DNA of 64,000 nucleotides from Hydrolagus affinis (GCA_012026655.1 JAAILG010001530.1:1-64000), one strand, 5' to 3'; shown: positions 27,089 to 38,827, numbered from the stretch's first letter. The notes: a model not told the origin generated them from the letters alone. Numbers and translations: made by a program.

Positions 27089-27228
27089 TGCGCAATTGGC
27101 TGCAGCGTTTCGCCCACAAATATTCAGTTAATTCACTTTGCAGTATATTCTCTGAATCGCTTTGAGACGTTGATAAGATGTGAAAAGCGCTAAATCAAAT
27201 GCCAGGATTATTATTATTATTATTATTA
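27089..27228 (+). mobile_element. SINE family A, 3' half
   Basis: tgcgcaattggctgcagcgtttcgcccaca ... ggattattattatt. Confidence 0.85.
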
Positions 27229-28455
27229 TGCGTGGTGAGTGAGTCTTGCTCTTTATAAATTCGATCCTGAAGAAAAATTCCATCCGATGTGAAGATCCCA
27301 TTCATAGACCAGATTCACGGTGAACGAAGAATCGACTGTGTTAGAGTCAAAACCAACTCGCGTTTCAGTACCTTGGAATGACTAACGGAGTACGTTACGT
27401 TTCAAAGCTTCATACGTGCTGCTGAAGTTGTACTGACTGTGAGACTAGAGAGGATGAGGACACCTAGCTCCTCACACACAGTACACTTTGCTGAGCTGTG
27501 TGGGAAACAGCTGTCGTCATGACAACTCGAGACTACCTGGACACGGGCATCTTTTGACAATTGTGAGTTGCCTTGTGATTGATGCCGCGCGAGTAGCTGT
27601 ACCCAATGCTTGGAATTGTCCTTTTCAATCTGCTCTTGTCACGTTTCCTGGCTCTCGGCAGGTGAAAATGAGCATCACACATATCTCCAAAGCAGCTGCC
27701 AGTGGTCTGCCTGAACACAATTTCAGCCTTGTTGGAACTTAGTGCGTTTTGTTCATTTTGTTGCAGCGTTCTCAGTTTAATTTTACTGCAAAGTGTAGCT
27801 TTATGACTGGCTTAAATAATTAAAGATTCTTGCTAGCTTTAATTATTCAGTCAGTATTTTGTGCTAATTTGCAGCTGCGCTGAGCTCCACTGTAGAAACA
27901 TGAGGGGCCACATGTAACTAATAACTAGTTGAGCGAGGGGCTTGTGCTATGTATAGAGGATGTAAAGTCAGTTTGGATGTGTGATGGTTTTTTCCCCCCT
28001 GTAATTTCACATATAATCTGCAATGTATTCCTGTATCAATCTTTCCACAAATCCTCAAACACAATTCGATTATAATTGCTTCATTCATGTGACATTCTGT
28101 CATGTTTCTGGTGCATTTGTTTGTGAGTTCTGGGTTTGGCCAAGAGTCGGATATCTGCCTCATTGCGCAAACACTTCTTTTACATTAAGAGGCCGAAAGT
28201 GTTTATGTTCAGGTCCGATATACTGACTGTCCAGTGCCTTAACGACGTCGTCCTGATTTGAAAGGCGCTATACAAATGCAGTTTTGTTGTTGAGGAGACC
28301 TTCATCACAGGTCTGGCATCACAGGTATGAAGGGTTAGCCTATCCTGTAGTCTGCTCAGCTTCAAAGTACAGTATCAGTTTAGCAAATGAATGTCCGTCA
28401 TTTAGTCCAGCTCATTTTGAACAGAGTGAGCTATTTTCTGATGAGCTGTCCAGGA

Positions 28456-28572
28456 TAATATAATAATAATCCTTGCATTTTGATATAGCGCTTTTCACGT
28501 CTTCCAGACTGTGTCTCCAAGCGCTTCACAAAATATACTGTAAAGTGAATTGACTGTATATTAGTGGGTGAA
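28456..28572 (-). mobile_element. SINE family A, 3' part
   Basis: (AAT)n ccttgcattttgatatagcgcttttcacgtc ... gtaaagtgaattgactg. Confidence 0.85.
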
Positions 28573-28693
28573 GGATTGGGAGGCTGTGACCCAGGACAAC
28601 ATGCCTTTGTATGCCACAATATGTACAGTAGATTCAGTTCCAGAAGATTGCAAATACTTTGTCCCAACAAAATTGTCTTGTATGTTTCCACAG

Positions 28694-28819
28694 GATGATC
28701 ATCGTGAGTCCAGGTTAACACTGCGACCGCCAAGTTTAGCCACTCCGTACGCACCTGTGCAGAACTGGCAGCACCAGCCAGAGAAACTCATATTTGAGTC
28801 GTGTGGATACGCAGCTAAC
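28694..28819 (+). CDS. ANKS1A: ANKS1A exon, pre-PTB and PTB start ([42 protein letters not shown])
   Basis: gtttccacag acceptor, AAC|gtgagt donor, 126 nt; LTLRPPSLA and [15 protein letters not shown] favour ANKS1A over ANKS1B. Confidence 0.95.
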
Positions 28820-29224
28820 GTGAGTACACGGGCAAACCAGAACCAAACACTGTAGCTTCTGCTTATCAATAACTTGCCTTGCTGCGACAAGCTGCGACAA
28901 CACAATAGCAGCAAATGTCCTTTGGATTTCATTCCAAACTGTCAAGTAAAAAAATAATTTTCTCTCTCCACCATATCCCCCTTGTAAGTTATTCAGTTCT
29001 TGTGGGATCGATCTCTTGTCCACTATAGTTGGTAGAATAAAAAATCCTGAACTGTTTTTCCCTCCTCCCCGCAGACTTGGAAAGGGAAGATCGGGAAGAT
29101 CACACAAGTTTCTAGTTTTAAACGCGCAGATATGCCACAGTTCATCTGCCTCGCCTCCAAAACGTTCAAGTGTGTCGATTAAAGTTCTCTTATAGCATCT
29201 CACCTACATTTCCCTTCGTTACAG

Positions 29225-29296
29225 TATTTGGGTTCTATGCTGATTAAAGAGCTGAAGGGAACAGAATCTACACAAGATGCCTGTGCAAAGATGAGG
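29225..29296 (+). CDS. ANKS1A: ANKS1A PTB exon ([24 protein letters not shown])
   Basis: ttcccttcgttacag acceptor, AGG|gtttgt donor, 72 nt; PTB YLGS motif. Confidence 0.95.
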
Positions 29297-29380
29297 GTTT
29301 GTATAAATTGCTGATCGATACAGTAACTTTTATATTGAATATGTTCAAAGCTCTAACATTTCCTCTTTATTCTTAACTAG

Positions 29381-29467
29381 AAATCTACTGAACATATGAA
29401 AAAGATTCCAACCATTATCCTCTCTATCACGTACAAAGGTGTGAAGTTCATTGACGCCTTCAATAAG
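29381..29467 (+). CDS. ANKS1A: ANKS1A PTB exon ([29 protein letters not shown])
   Basis: ctctaac branch, polypyrimidine tract and tag acceptor after an 84-nt intron; AAG|gtaatt donor; 87 nt. Confidence 0.95.
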
Positions 29468-29599
29468 GTAATTGTGATATTATTAATGCATCGTGATCAC
29501 AACAGTTTACTACAGCGCCCTTCACGTAGGCTAACATCTCCGAGCGCTTCACGGTGGAGGCAGGGACACCAAGCAAAGCAGAATAGGGAACAGAATACA

Positions 29600-29877
29600 G
29601 TAGCTTATGGTTAGAGCACTTGCCTTGCAAGCTAGTGACCAAGGTTTGATTCCTGGCAGGACAAAACCTTGGGCAAGTTTCCAAGGTGATAATAATCCCT
29701 CGAAAAAAAAATTGGGGGGATAACTTCAATCCACGACTGTTTGTGGGACACTGCTGCCACAGTTTGGCTGCCACATTTTGCCCATAAATATACATTCAAT
29801 TCACTTTACAGTATATTCTGTGAAGCACTTTGAGGCATCTAGAAGATGTAAAAACGCTACTGTATATCAAATGCAAG
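29600..29877 (+). mobile_element. tRNA-derived SINE (family A)
   Basis: Head, body and tail similarity to the 15501 copy. Confidence 0.88.
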
Positions 29878-30044
29878 CGCGCTCTGCAGGTGAGAGACAA
29901 AGCAAAGATCTAGAATTCAGCAGCCCTTCTGTGGCCAGACTTTGTGAGTCTCTGGAAATTGATTGTAAAAGTAGAATTGATCTGATCTGTGCCTCATCCA
30001 AAACAAACCCTGTGGTTAGCAATTACTTGTTTGAAATCTAAATA

Positions 30045-30253
30045 CAGTAAAAGCCTGTTTATCCGGCTCCCTCAGGACCTGGCCAATGATCGTTAAAGCG
30101 CCTGCTGGATATTCGGCTAAAAACGCCCCCCCCAAATAATAATAATTCAATGCATTTTCCGGATAAATTCTGGTTAATCGAATGCGGACCTTTTTTTTTG
30201 TGGTGTAACCCAAGTTATGGTTGATCGGGTGCTGGATAAACGGGCTTTTACTG
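30045..30253. mobile_element. 209-bp MITE, Tc1/mariner-pogo (Tigger-like)
   Basis: TA|CAGTAAAAGCCTGTTTATCCGGC ... GCTGGATAAACGGGCTTTTACTG|TA; TIRs 21/23 identical; TA TSD. Confidence 0.9.
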
Positions 30254-30843
30254 TATCACTGAATATCCTTATTTATTTACCTTCTCGTAGTTTCATTTAT
30301 TTTTCTTGCACAATATAGAGATTGCTGTAGATTTGAAACTTCCGAGTAAGTTAATACTGCTTTGAGTATTATCGTTAACCGCAGTTTACAGTAAAGATGT
30401 GTTCACCAGTTAGTCTTCGGAATTTGTGTTACAATGGTTGCCTGATAAGCTGTTGGAAATATTACGTCAATAAATCCTGTATTTCGTTGCTTGGAGCAAT
30501 GTGCACCACTTAATTTGACAAATACTTTGAGACATTCTTCGTTTCACCTGAAACGAGCTTTATATAATACAAGTTGTTCTTGTTGTATGAAGGTCATGAA
30601 ATAATATCTCCATTACAATGATATCTACATGACAATGTAAGACCCTTTCCAACAGCCAGTGCTTTTGATGGTGATTTCTTGGTATATTTTTGGGGGTCAG
30701 TTGAAATATTGTGTGTCTTTCATTGTCTGACACATCCAATGTACCTCAGAGTATCCAAACCAAACTGAGACTTCAGTGCATCTCCCCACAACACATGGAT
30801 ATTCCAGAGATATTGATTGGTATGGAAGGTACACTCTCACCCT

Positions 30844-31157
30844 GGACTCCTGTAGCTTAGTGGTTAGAGCTCCTGCCATACAAGCGAGAGACCTTGGTTC
30901 AATTCCTGGCAGATCAGGGCGAAACCTTGGGCAAGTTTCCTTGCTCCACTCACCTAATAATAATCCCTCAAAAAAAATTTGGTCACTTCAATCCCAAATT
31001 GTTCGTGGGACGGTGCTGTGTGCAATTGGCTGCCGCATTTTGCCCACAAAAATATATAGTCACTTCATGTTACAGTGTATTCTGAGAAGCGCTTTGAGAC
31101 GTCTGGAAGATGTGAAAAGCACTATATCAAATGCAAGGATTATTACTAGTATTATTA
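30844..31157 (+). mobile_element. tRNA-derived SINE (family A), full length
   Basis: Similarity to the 15501 copy. Confidence 0.9.
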
Positions 31158-31901
31158 CAAACTGGCAAGAACCAAGGCTTGGGGACTCAGTGTGTGTTGG
31201 GGTGACAGCTGGAGTCTAACCAATTAAAACCTCACAGCTTGTCACTGAGAGTACATTTATAATAAAGGTCTCCGTTCCCTCTCTGCCTAAGCTGTTGCTC
31301 GCGTCCCACAACCCTCTACTTTGCCTCCTTGTCACCGAAGGATCTTTACTGCTGACAATATAACAGCCTCCACTACATGGCAGCTAACATTTCCACACTG
31401 TGTGGCAGACACAGTGAGATGGAGGAGAATGTAGTCAGTGTTTTGTCACTGAGGAAAATTGAACATTAAGAAAAGCCTGGACGTTGGCCGCTGAATGCCA
31501 CACAGCGCTTAGAACACAAACCTAATTTCACACCTAATGCATTGGCTACAGTAAGAAAATACATATCGTTCAGCCTTGTTGGTTAAAGAAAGGGCCATGT
31601 TTGAGTGTTAGTGTGTAGGGAGATCTGCCCCAGACCCCCTCTCTTAACTGCACCGCTCAGTGCTGAGGAGAGAGAGCAGCATTGTGAGGGCAGAGCACAT
31701 AGCTCACACCAGGACACATCAACGCTGCTATCTACCATCATACTGGTAAAAACAAAGTCTGTCAGCGAGTTCAAAGCAGTGAGCGAGTGTTACTGCAGAA
31801 TGTCTGGGAATAATTTTCTCGTTAATTCCTTTCCCGCTATCCAGTATTGGTTTTCCATCCATCCAGCCTGCCAGGTAAAAGGACATCAGTTTCCTCTGGA
31901 A

Positions 31902-32058
31902 CTGATAGATTTTTGAAAAATAGGGGGACTAGGGGATATGGGGATAGGGCAGGTAATCAAAGTTAGTTGAGAAGATTAGCCATGATCTTGTTGAATGGTG
32001 GAGCAGGCTCGAGGGGCCGAATGGCCTACTCCTGCTCCTAATTCTTATGTTCTTATGT
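31902..32058 (+). mobile_element. CR1-type LINE 3' end
   Basis: gatagattttt..ggggatatggggat..agccatgatcttgttgaatggtggagcaggctcgaggggccgaatggcctactcctgctcc followed by an (TTCTTATG)2 octamer tail. Confidence 0.85.
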
Positions 32059-32149
32059 AACTTGTGCCGCAATGATTGTTCTGCGGAGGTTTACAGACAT
32101 CACACTATCTATATGTTGTACCCTGTCTGTTCCCCACCTCCCATTTCTT

Positions 32150-32482
32150 CACCAACAACTATTTGCATTGCTACGACCAGCGTCTTACACGTGCTCACAA
32201 CTTACTTGTCTACGTACCGCCTTCGCTCAGCTGGACCTGGCCTCCTGCACGAACCTCGTCCTCTCCATTCCACCATCGCCAGCTGTGCTTTCAGCCCTGA
32301 AGCTCTGATTCAATCTCACCACCGTGGCCACCTTCATGTCAAATCAGATCAAACTTGAAGAACTTCCATTTCGACCGTACCTACGGTCACCTCCCCCTGG
32401 CCACCCGCCAAGCTCTGCTCCCGTTAAGCGCTCTGAGACGCTATCCGGCATGATGAGTGTTGTGTAAATACAATGTGTTGTG
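32150..32482 (+). mobile_element. Degenerate L2 3' fragment (family C)
   Basis: LRSAGPGLLHEPRPLHSTIASCAFS; agcgctctgagacgc tail. Confidence 0.75.
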
Positions 32483-32581
32483 GTCACAAAGTGCTTTACA
32501 GGGATAGACTGGAGAGCAGTTTTCTGAATGCCTGTTTCTGTGTGCGAAACATTTCAAAATGTTTTTTCGTTTCATCAACAG

Positions 32582-32719
32582 AATATTATTGCTGAACATG
32601 AAATCCGCAACATCTCCTGTGCTGCCCAGGACCCAGATGATCTCTGTACGTTTGCCTACATCACTAAAGACCTGCTGACTAATCACCACTATTGTCACGT
32701 CTTCAGCACAGTGGATATG
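32582..32719 (+). CDS. ANKS1A: ANKS1A PTB exon ([46 protein letters not shown])
   Basis: ttcatcaacag acceptor, ATG|gtatgt donor, 138 nt; PTB core ISCAAQD..FAYITKD..CHVF. Confidence 0.95.
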
Positions 32720-32744
32720 GTATGTTGTCACTAAACTGCAATTT

Positions 32745-32933
32745 CCGGCACCCAGTTGCGCACAACAATGTCCCCACAAACAGTTTTGGATTGAAGTGAC
32801 CAATTTTGTTTTGAGGAATTATTATGAGGCTAGTGGAGTAAGGAAACTTGCCCACGGTTTCGCCCTGCACGGAATCAAACCCAGGTCTCCTGCTTGCAAG
32901 GTGTATGCTCTAACCACTGAGCTATAGGACTCC
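32745..32933 (-). mobile_element. SINE family A, tail missing, ~25 nt from an exon donor
   Basis: Reverse-complement head and body. Confidence 0.85.
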
Positions 32934-33450
32934 ACTCCCAAGATATCAGTTGAGGGATGTAAGCGAGAGAAAGACAGATGGAGAGATACTCAGGGGAGGG
33001 GGGGCAATGAGGAATAAAGGGATGTGGTGGGAAGAGGGGAGGCTGCAGTAAGGGTGGTGTAATTCCAGAACTCCTCCCATAAACTAGCGCCTTGGGACGT
33101 CCACATGAAAGGCACTCTATAAATGTAATTGTGTTGTTGTTGCTGCATCCATTCACATTTTCAATACTAAGGTGGATAGATATTTGTTAGGTCAGGGTAT
33201 CCAGGGATACGGGGCAGGATAATTTAAGTTGCGGTATAGATTAGCCATGGTGTTATAGAATTGACTTGACTTCAAGAACTCACAGCTGACATGCTTGATT
33301 AGATCTGATGATTTGTTCTTCGATCAATTGAAACTAAACCCGTGACATTAAATTCAGAATGGGAATAACTAGGTGGGAATTAATACAGGTTGCTTTCATT
33401 AAACAAAAGATCAAACTAACTTTCTGTTGCTGCTGCTGTTTTGTCTCCAG

Positions 33451-33630
33451 AGTTTAACCTACGAGATCATTCTTACACTCGGACAGGCATTTGAAGTTGC
33501 CTACCAGCTTGCACTACAAGCTCAGAAGCCTGCTGCTCCGAAATCTTTAACCTTGGCGGATGGCGAGGCTGCAGAGGGAAAGCCTGGTAAACCAGTCCCC
33601 AAGCCGCGAGCCCACGTGAGGAAATCTGCT
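33451..33630 (+). CDS. ANKS1A: ANKS1A exon, PTB C-terminal helix and tail ([26 protein letters not shown]...[14 protein letters not shown])
   Basis: ttttgtctccag acceptor, GCT|gtaagt donor, 180 nt. Confidence 0.95.
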
Positions 33631-33804
33631 GTAAGTATGCACTCAACTGTGTTATGCCCATGTAACAGGTTAGACGCAGATCGTATGCTCATGACATTAT
33701 AATCCGTTGAGAATGAGATAAATCTTAAGCAGAATTATTCAGAAAATTTCAGGAATAGATCAAATGTACCAAATGCATTGGCACAGCACCTCAAGATAGC
33801 TCAC

Positions 33805-34040
33805 CAAAGGAAATTTACAGCACCAAAGGAGGCCATTTGACCCATCGGGTCTGCACTGGCTCTCAGAGCAATGAGTTCCTTCAGTCTCACAGCACTGCCC
33901 TGTCCCCATTCTCCCTCAGGCCTCAGTCCTTCATATACCCACCTACTTCCCTCTCGAAACCACACTGGGCTCTGCTTTATCACCTTATTTGGCACGACGT
34001 TCCACTTCCCAGCAACTCCCTGAGTGAGCAAACGTTTCAG
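33805..34040 (-). mobile_element. CR1-type LINE 3' fragment
   Basis: Translates to TQGVAGKWNVVP (CR1 ORF2 C-terminal RVVxxWNxLP-like); ggaggccatttgacccat hairpin. Other CR1 pieces at about 9215-9350, 24340-24562, 33158-33260 and 53280-53377. Confidence 0.75.
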
Positions 34041-36263
34041 ATTGTGTCTCCAGTTATAGGTGAGATAAATGGACTGCAGATCTTTGCTTACATTGGTGAG
34101 GCTTTTATTGCCATCTATATGCAGTGCAGGTTTTAACGATCAGTTCAGAACATCTGTCTGTAGTTTTATCAAAGAAATCTGATATCTTTATAATGAGGCA
34201 GAACAGGGGGCATCTCACAATCCAGGATAACTCATTGAATCAGCTATTTAATAAATCCTTAAAGTGGATCCCTTGATGGCCAAGCGAATTCTGTCAAATG
34301 GTCCATTATTAGATTGTAATATGTAAATTATTTAATGTTTGAATGTATTATTTATATTTCTATCATGGATAACTAACTCCCTGGCTTGCTCTCACACTGT
34401 ATCTCTATTGGCTTTATCTGCTCACATTACCAGGGTGTCATTATTGTAATGATTATTCAGTGTACCTTGCAAATAGATCACAAAATCGGTCCGGATGAAG
34501 AATGCCCTGTGTTTTACCCAGACCCTCTCCCTTTTCTCAGTTACTAGCGATCTCGCCTCTGAGCGGGCTGCGAGTTCAAGCCCCACATCAGGACTTGGAA
34601 TTACATAATCTAAGATGACACTCCATTGCAGTGCTGGGGGGGGTTTTGCATTGTCAGAGGTGCCATTGTTTGATTGGGACAATATTTAACTGAGGCGCTA
34701 TCTGCCTGTTCAGGCATTAGTGGAAAAGAGAAGGGAGTTTCACTATCCTGGTGCCCTGACCATCAATCCCCCTAAATAAAATTGGTCATTCACTTCACGA
34801 CAGTTTGTGGGACACTGTTGTGTGCAAATTGAACTGCACTGTTCACCTACAAATGCACACTCTCTACACTGTACAAGGATTATTATTATTATTATATCCA
34901 CCCTACCATCACAGCATCATTTGGTAAATGAGTCCTGTGTCCTGCTCCACAGCCCTCCCTGGCCATCAGTCCAGCTCCAGACGTTAATTACCCTCCGGAT
35001 AAACAAAAACTTCCTCTGGTGAGAGTCAACAATGCAAGATGTTGCCATTGGCTTAGAAACATTTTTTTTTAAACTGTTTAATAACTTGTAGCAATGGATG
35101 AATTCATCAAATGCTATATTTTGCAAAAAGAAATGTTTTAGAGGAAGAAGTATGTTTTTTGGCTTGAACAGCCTGATGGCACATCCATTGACCCCCAGTT
35201 TATCTCTCCGTAATGTAATCGCTGTTTCAACCCAGAACAAGAGCTGATAAACTGGAGCAAGTACAACTAGTACCTGACACAAAGTGTGCTTTTATGTCAG
35301 ATGATTGAACTGGGCCATTTTTCTCTCTCTAAAAATATTATCATTTACTCCTCGCACTCCCCAAGCATTTAACAGACAGTGTGATCATCTTTGACGGTCC
35401 TATCAGTCACCCCCAAACCCCCCACCTTTCCCTCCACCCTCCCCGTCCCTGACCCCAGCTCAAGTCAGAAACACTGACTGTCCCAATGGCTTGGGACGTC
35501 CTCCTGACGTTAAAGACGCAATACAAGTGTAATTTTGTTGTTGTTGTTAACATTCAGGGTTTCTGGTCAGGCACTGTGACAGCCTGGCTAAACTAACTGT
35601 CACACTCTCACCTCTGGATTCAAGCCTTGTGTTAGGTCTTGAGCTCATAGGCTGAGTTGGGACGACCTGTGCAGGATTGGAGAGGGTTCTGTGCTATCAG
35701 AGACACTGTCAACTATTTGTCCAGAGCCACACACAGACAGTGTGATTCTTTATGGAGGAAACCACTGTGTGAAGGGCACCAGTTCATCAATAGATGACAA
35801 ATGGAAGTCCAAAAAAAAGTGTATTTGTGAGCCAGTTCCACCCTCGCAGTTAGTGAGGGTAGTTTCATACTAGAACAAGTGTGGGTGATGGGGTGAAACA
35901 CTCACTGATGGACTATAATAATATTTACACTCTCTGGAACCCAGAGTCCCTCCAGCTCGCTCGTCTTGTTCAGTTCCTGTCTCAAGATTTGATTCTTTGA
36001 CCGAGCTTTTGATCTTCTCTCCTTCCCTCCCTCGCACCCCTCAGCTCCTAATTCCAGCTCGAGTGCCAGCTTAAAAATAAGGAGAGTCAAAATTAAGGAT
36101 TTTGGGACATCCTCCCATTGTGGGAGGCTCAGTGTAAATGTGAACTTGTATTGTAAATTCCTGTGATTCTCCTATTGCAGGAGAGTGAATAGTACCAACA
36201 GGGGAAGATGGCCGAGAGAGAGAGCAAGAATTGACCAGGTTAAGCCGGTGTCAGGTTTATTGT

Positions 36264-36572
36264 AGCTCCTGTTGCTCAGTGGCCTTCCAAGCGTGAGACC
36301 TGTGTTCGAATTCAGGCAGGTCAGGGCGAAACCTTGGGCACGTTTCCTTACTCCACACGCCTAATAATCCCACCAAAAAAAAACACAATAATAAAAATTG
36401 GTCATTTCAATCCACGACTGTTTGTAGGACACTGCTGTGCACAATTGGCTGCCACGTTTCGCCCACAAATATACAGTCAATGCACTTTACAGTATATTCT
36501 GTGAAGTTCTTTAGTCATCGATAAGATGTGAAAAGCGCTATATCAAATGCAAGGATTATTATTATTATTATT
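36264..36572 (+). mobile_element. tRNA-derived SINE (family A)
   Basis: Near-consensus body and (ATT)n tail. Confidence 0.9.
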
Positions 36573-37201
36573 CAGTCAGATTGGTTTCTTTACTTTCATT
36601 GTTCTCTGCGCTGACCTGCGGGAGAAAACATTTCCTTCTCTGTGTTCAGTTTGGTGTCAAAGTTAATCCTTGTCCACATTCTAATAAAGGAATAAGTGAA
36701 ATGAGCCTGAACCGATTGAGTGAATGCATTTTCCACGATGTTGGGAGTTTTGAAGTGTGTTTTTAAAAAATGGAAACTCTCTCCCCGTTGTGGCAAGATG
36801 TGAGGTTGGGGCAAAGCGGAGAGTGATTTACTCTGTGTATAATCTGTTTTTGTCGCTTGACGCAAGGTACTTAATATGGGATATTTTTTCATTCACTGCG
36901 CTTGCTAACTTCTCTCACCCTTATAAACAAAGAGAACAGGGAAGGAAAATCAACTTAGAAACTGACCTCAAACAGCAGAAATAAATGAACATCTGTCCTT
37001 ACTTACCAGTTGTAAAATGCTGAGATCTATCTTGGGTCTCATTTCACTGTAAATAAAAGGGTAAAACTCTCATAGAGTAAATGAGGAAAGTTGTGGTAGT
37101 TGTTTTGCTGATCGATCTGACAGCAGTGCTAGCCGTGGTGTGGCGTGTACTCAACTTGGATCACTGACGACTTTTGCTGTCATTTCTCGCCAAATACGTA
37201 G

Positions 37202-37303
37202 GTGCAGCAACCCAACAGCAGATGCTGTTACTGTCACACGTGCACTACTCACAGACCTGTCCTCCCGCCTCTGCCGCTGCATTCATTGAGCCAAGGAGTC
37301 CAG
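37202..37303 (+). CDS. ANKS1A: ANKS1A probable cassette exon (VQQPNSRCCYCHTCTTHRPVLPPLPLHSLSQGVQ)
   Basis: cactgac branch, cgtag acceptor, weak CAG|gtttct donor, 102 nt, phase 0-0. Resembles the RCCxCHTCTTHRP insert I recall from some mammalian Anks1a isoforms. Confidence 0.8.
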
Positions 37304-38529
37304 GTTTCTCTCTCTCTGTCTTATCTATTTGTCCTCGGTGTTTCCACGCACGTCTCCATTCATGCATGGCTGTCACCGGGGTTTTCTGTTCCCATCAAAA
37401 GGATTCATTACCAGGGGCTGAATTTCAGATGTAATCTGCAAGCTGCAGTATTCAGGTGGCTCTGGAACTCATTAAAAAGCAGAGGATATATTTAGATAGC
37501 CTCAACGACAGAGCTCCTTGTAAAAGTGGGTTAATAGAGAAGTTCATGTGGAATTTAGAAGTTTATTCAGTTTGACATTGCTGCAGACGTTCAGTAATTA
37601 AACGTGGGGTTTCTGCGTGTTGGGAATTTAGATATAGACATGCAATGTCTGCAAGATGTGGAAGTGACAAATTTGCTGAATAGTTTATTTCAGAACGTAA
37701 TGTAATGTTCAAAGCCATTGTTTTTAATCGCCAAACCATTTTAAATCCAAGATGACCTTGTGAATTGTGAAGTGACTTCATGTTTTATTTATAACATCAA
37801 TCTGTCTTTGAAAATGTAGCAAAGACATCCAGCTGAGTAATAAGTAGCAAGGCGTATTACTGACTGTATTGTTTGCTTTCTGATTTAGTCGCCTACATCT
37901 ACATCTATGTTCAGTGCATTTGAAAAGAATTCAAATGTGCGAATATGTTCTCATGAGCCACTCACTAGTCCTTATTTGGGTTGAATATCTTGATTTGTCA
38001 AGCACTTTGCCCTGATATCAGTGGAGTTTTCTCACTGTCATGTTTATTGGGGGAGGAAGAATTTACCACGTTGGGATTAAAACCAGTGCAATATGTTAAT
38101 CTTTGGGTAATTTTCACGAAAAACCAATCGGCTCATAATTTCAACGTTCAAATTCAGCCTCTTTCTGCTATTGCAAAGGAACTTTCTGCCTGATATTTCT
38201 CTGCTGCAATAAAATTGAACCAATACCAAAAATGTATTGTAAGACATGGGTTTTTATTGTGTTGTGGTTTGGCAACTTTTTTTATTTTTTTTTATTATTA
38301 ATGTTTTTCTCATTACATTATTTTTATCCAAACGTCAATGCACAAATGTTGGCTAACGACTAAGGCAAATTCTTGAAGTAAATACGATAAGGAAGCAAAT
38401 TAAAATAAGTCATTTTGCTTCTTGTCTTCTGTGCACCTCCTTTTGGCCAGCTCATGGGCAAGGGTTATAGTCAGGTCGGGAGAGAAACTGCTGAGGCACA
38501 AGGTTATGAAAAGATTATCCTCTCATTAT

Positions 38530-38827
38530 AGAGTTGCCTGGGCTCGACTCCCGGGTGAGGCAAAACCTTAGGCAAGTTCCCTTACTCCACATGCCTCTGT
38601 TTAGCTGGCAGTAAGTAGGAACTCGTTTGTTCGTCGGTTGGCAGATCGCTTTTCCAGGGTAATAATCCCTCACTCCCCCCCACAAAAAAAAGACTCTTTG
38701 TGGGACACTGCTATGTATAATTGGCTGCCGTGTTTCGCCCACAATATAGTCAATCAACTTTACAGCATATTCTGTGCAGCCCTTTGAAACGTCCCTATGA
38801 TAAGGTTCTATATCGAAGATTATTATT
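38530..38827 (+). mobile_element. SINE family A, long variant
   Basis: Extra central block gcctctgtttagctggcagtaagtaggaac... Confidence 0.8.

Noticed and set aside
29297-29380. In-frame retention of the 84-nt intron
   Set aside because: An in-frame TGA follows five codons in
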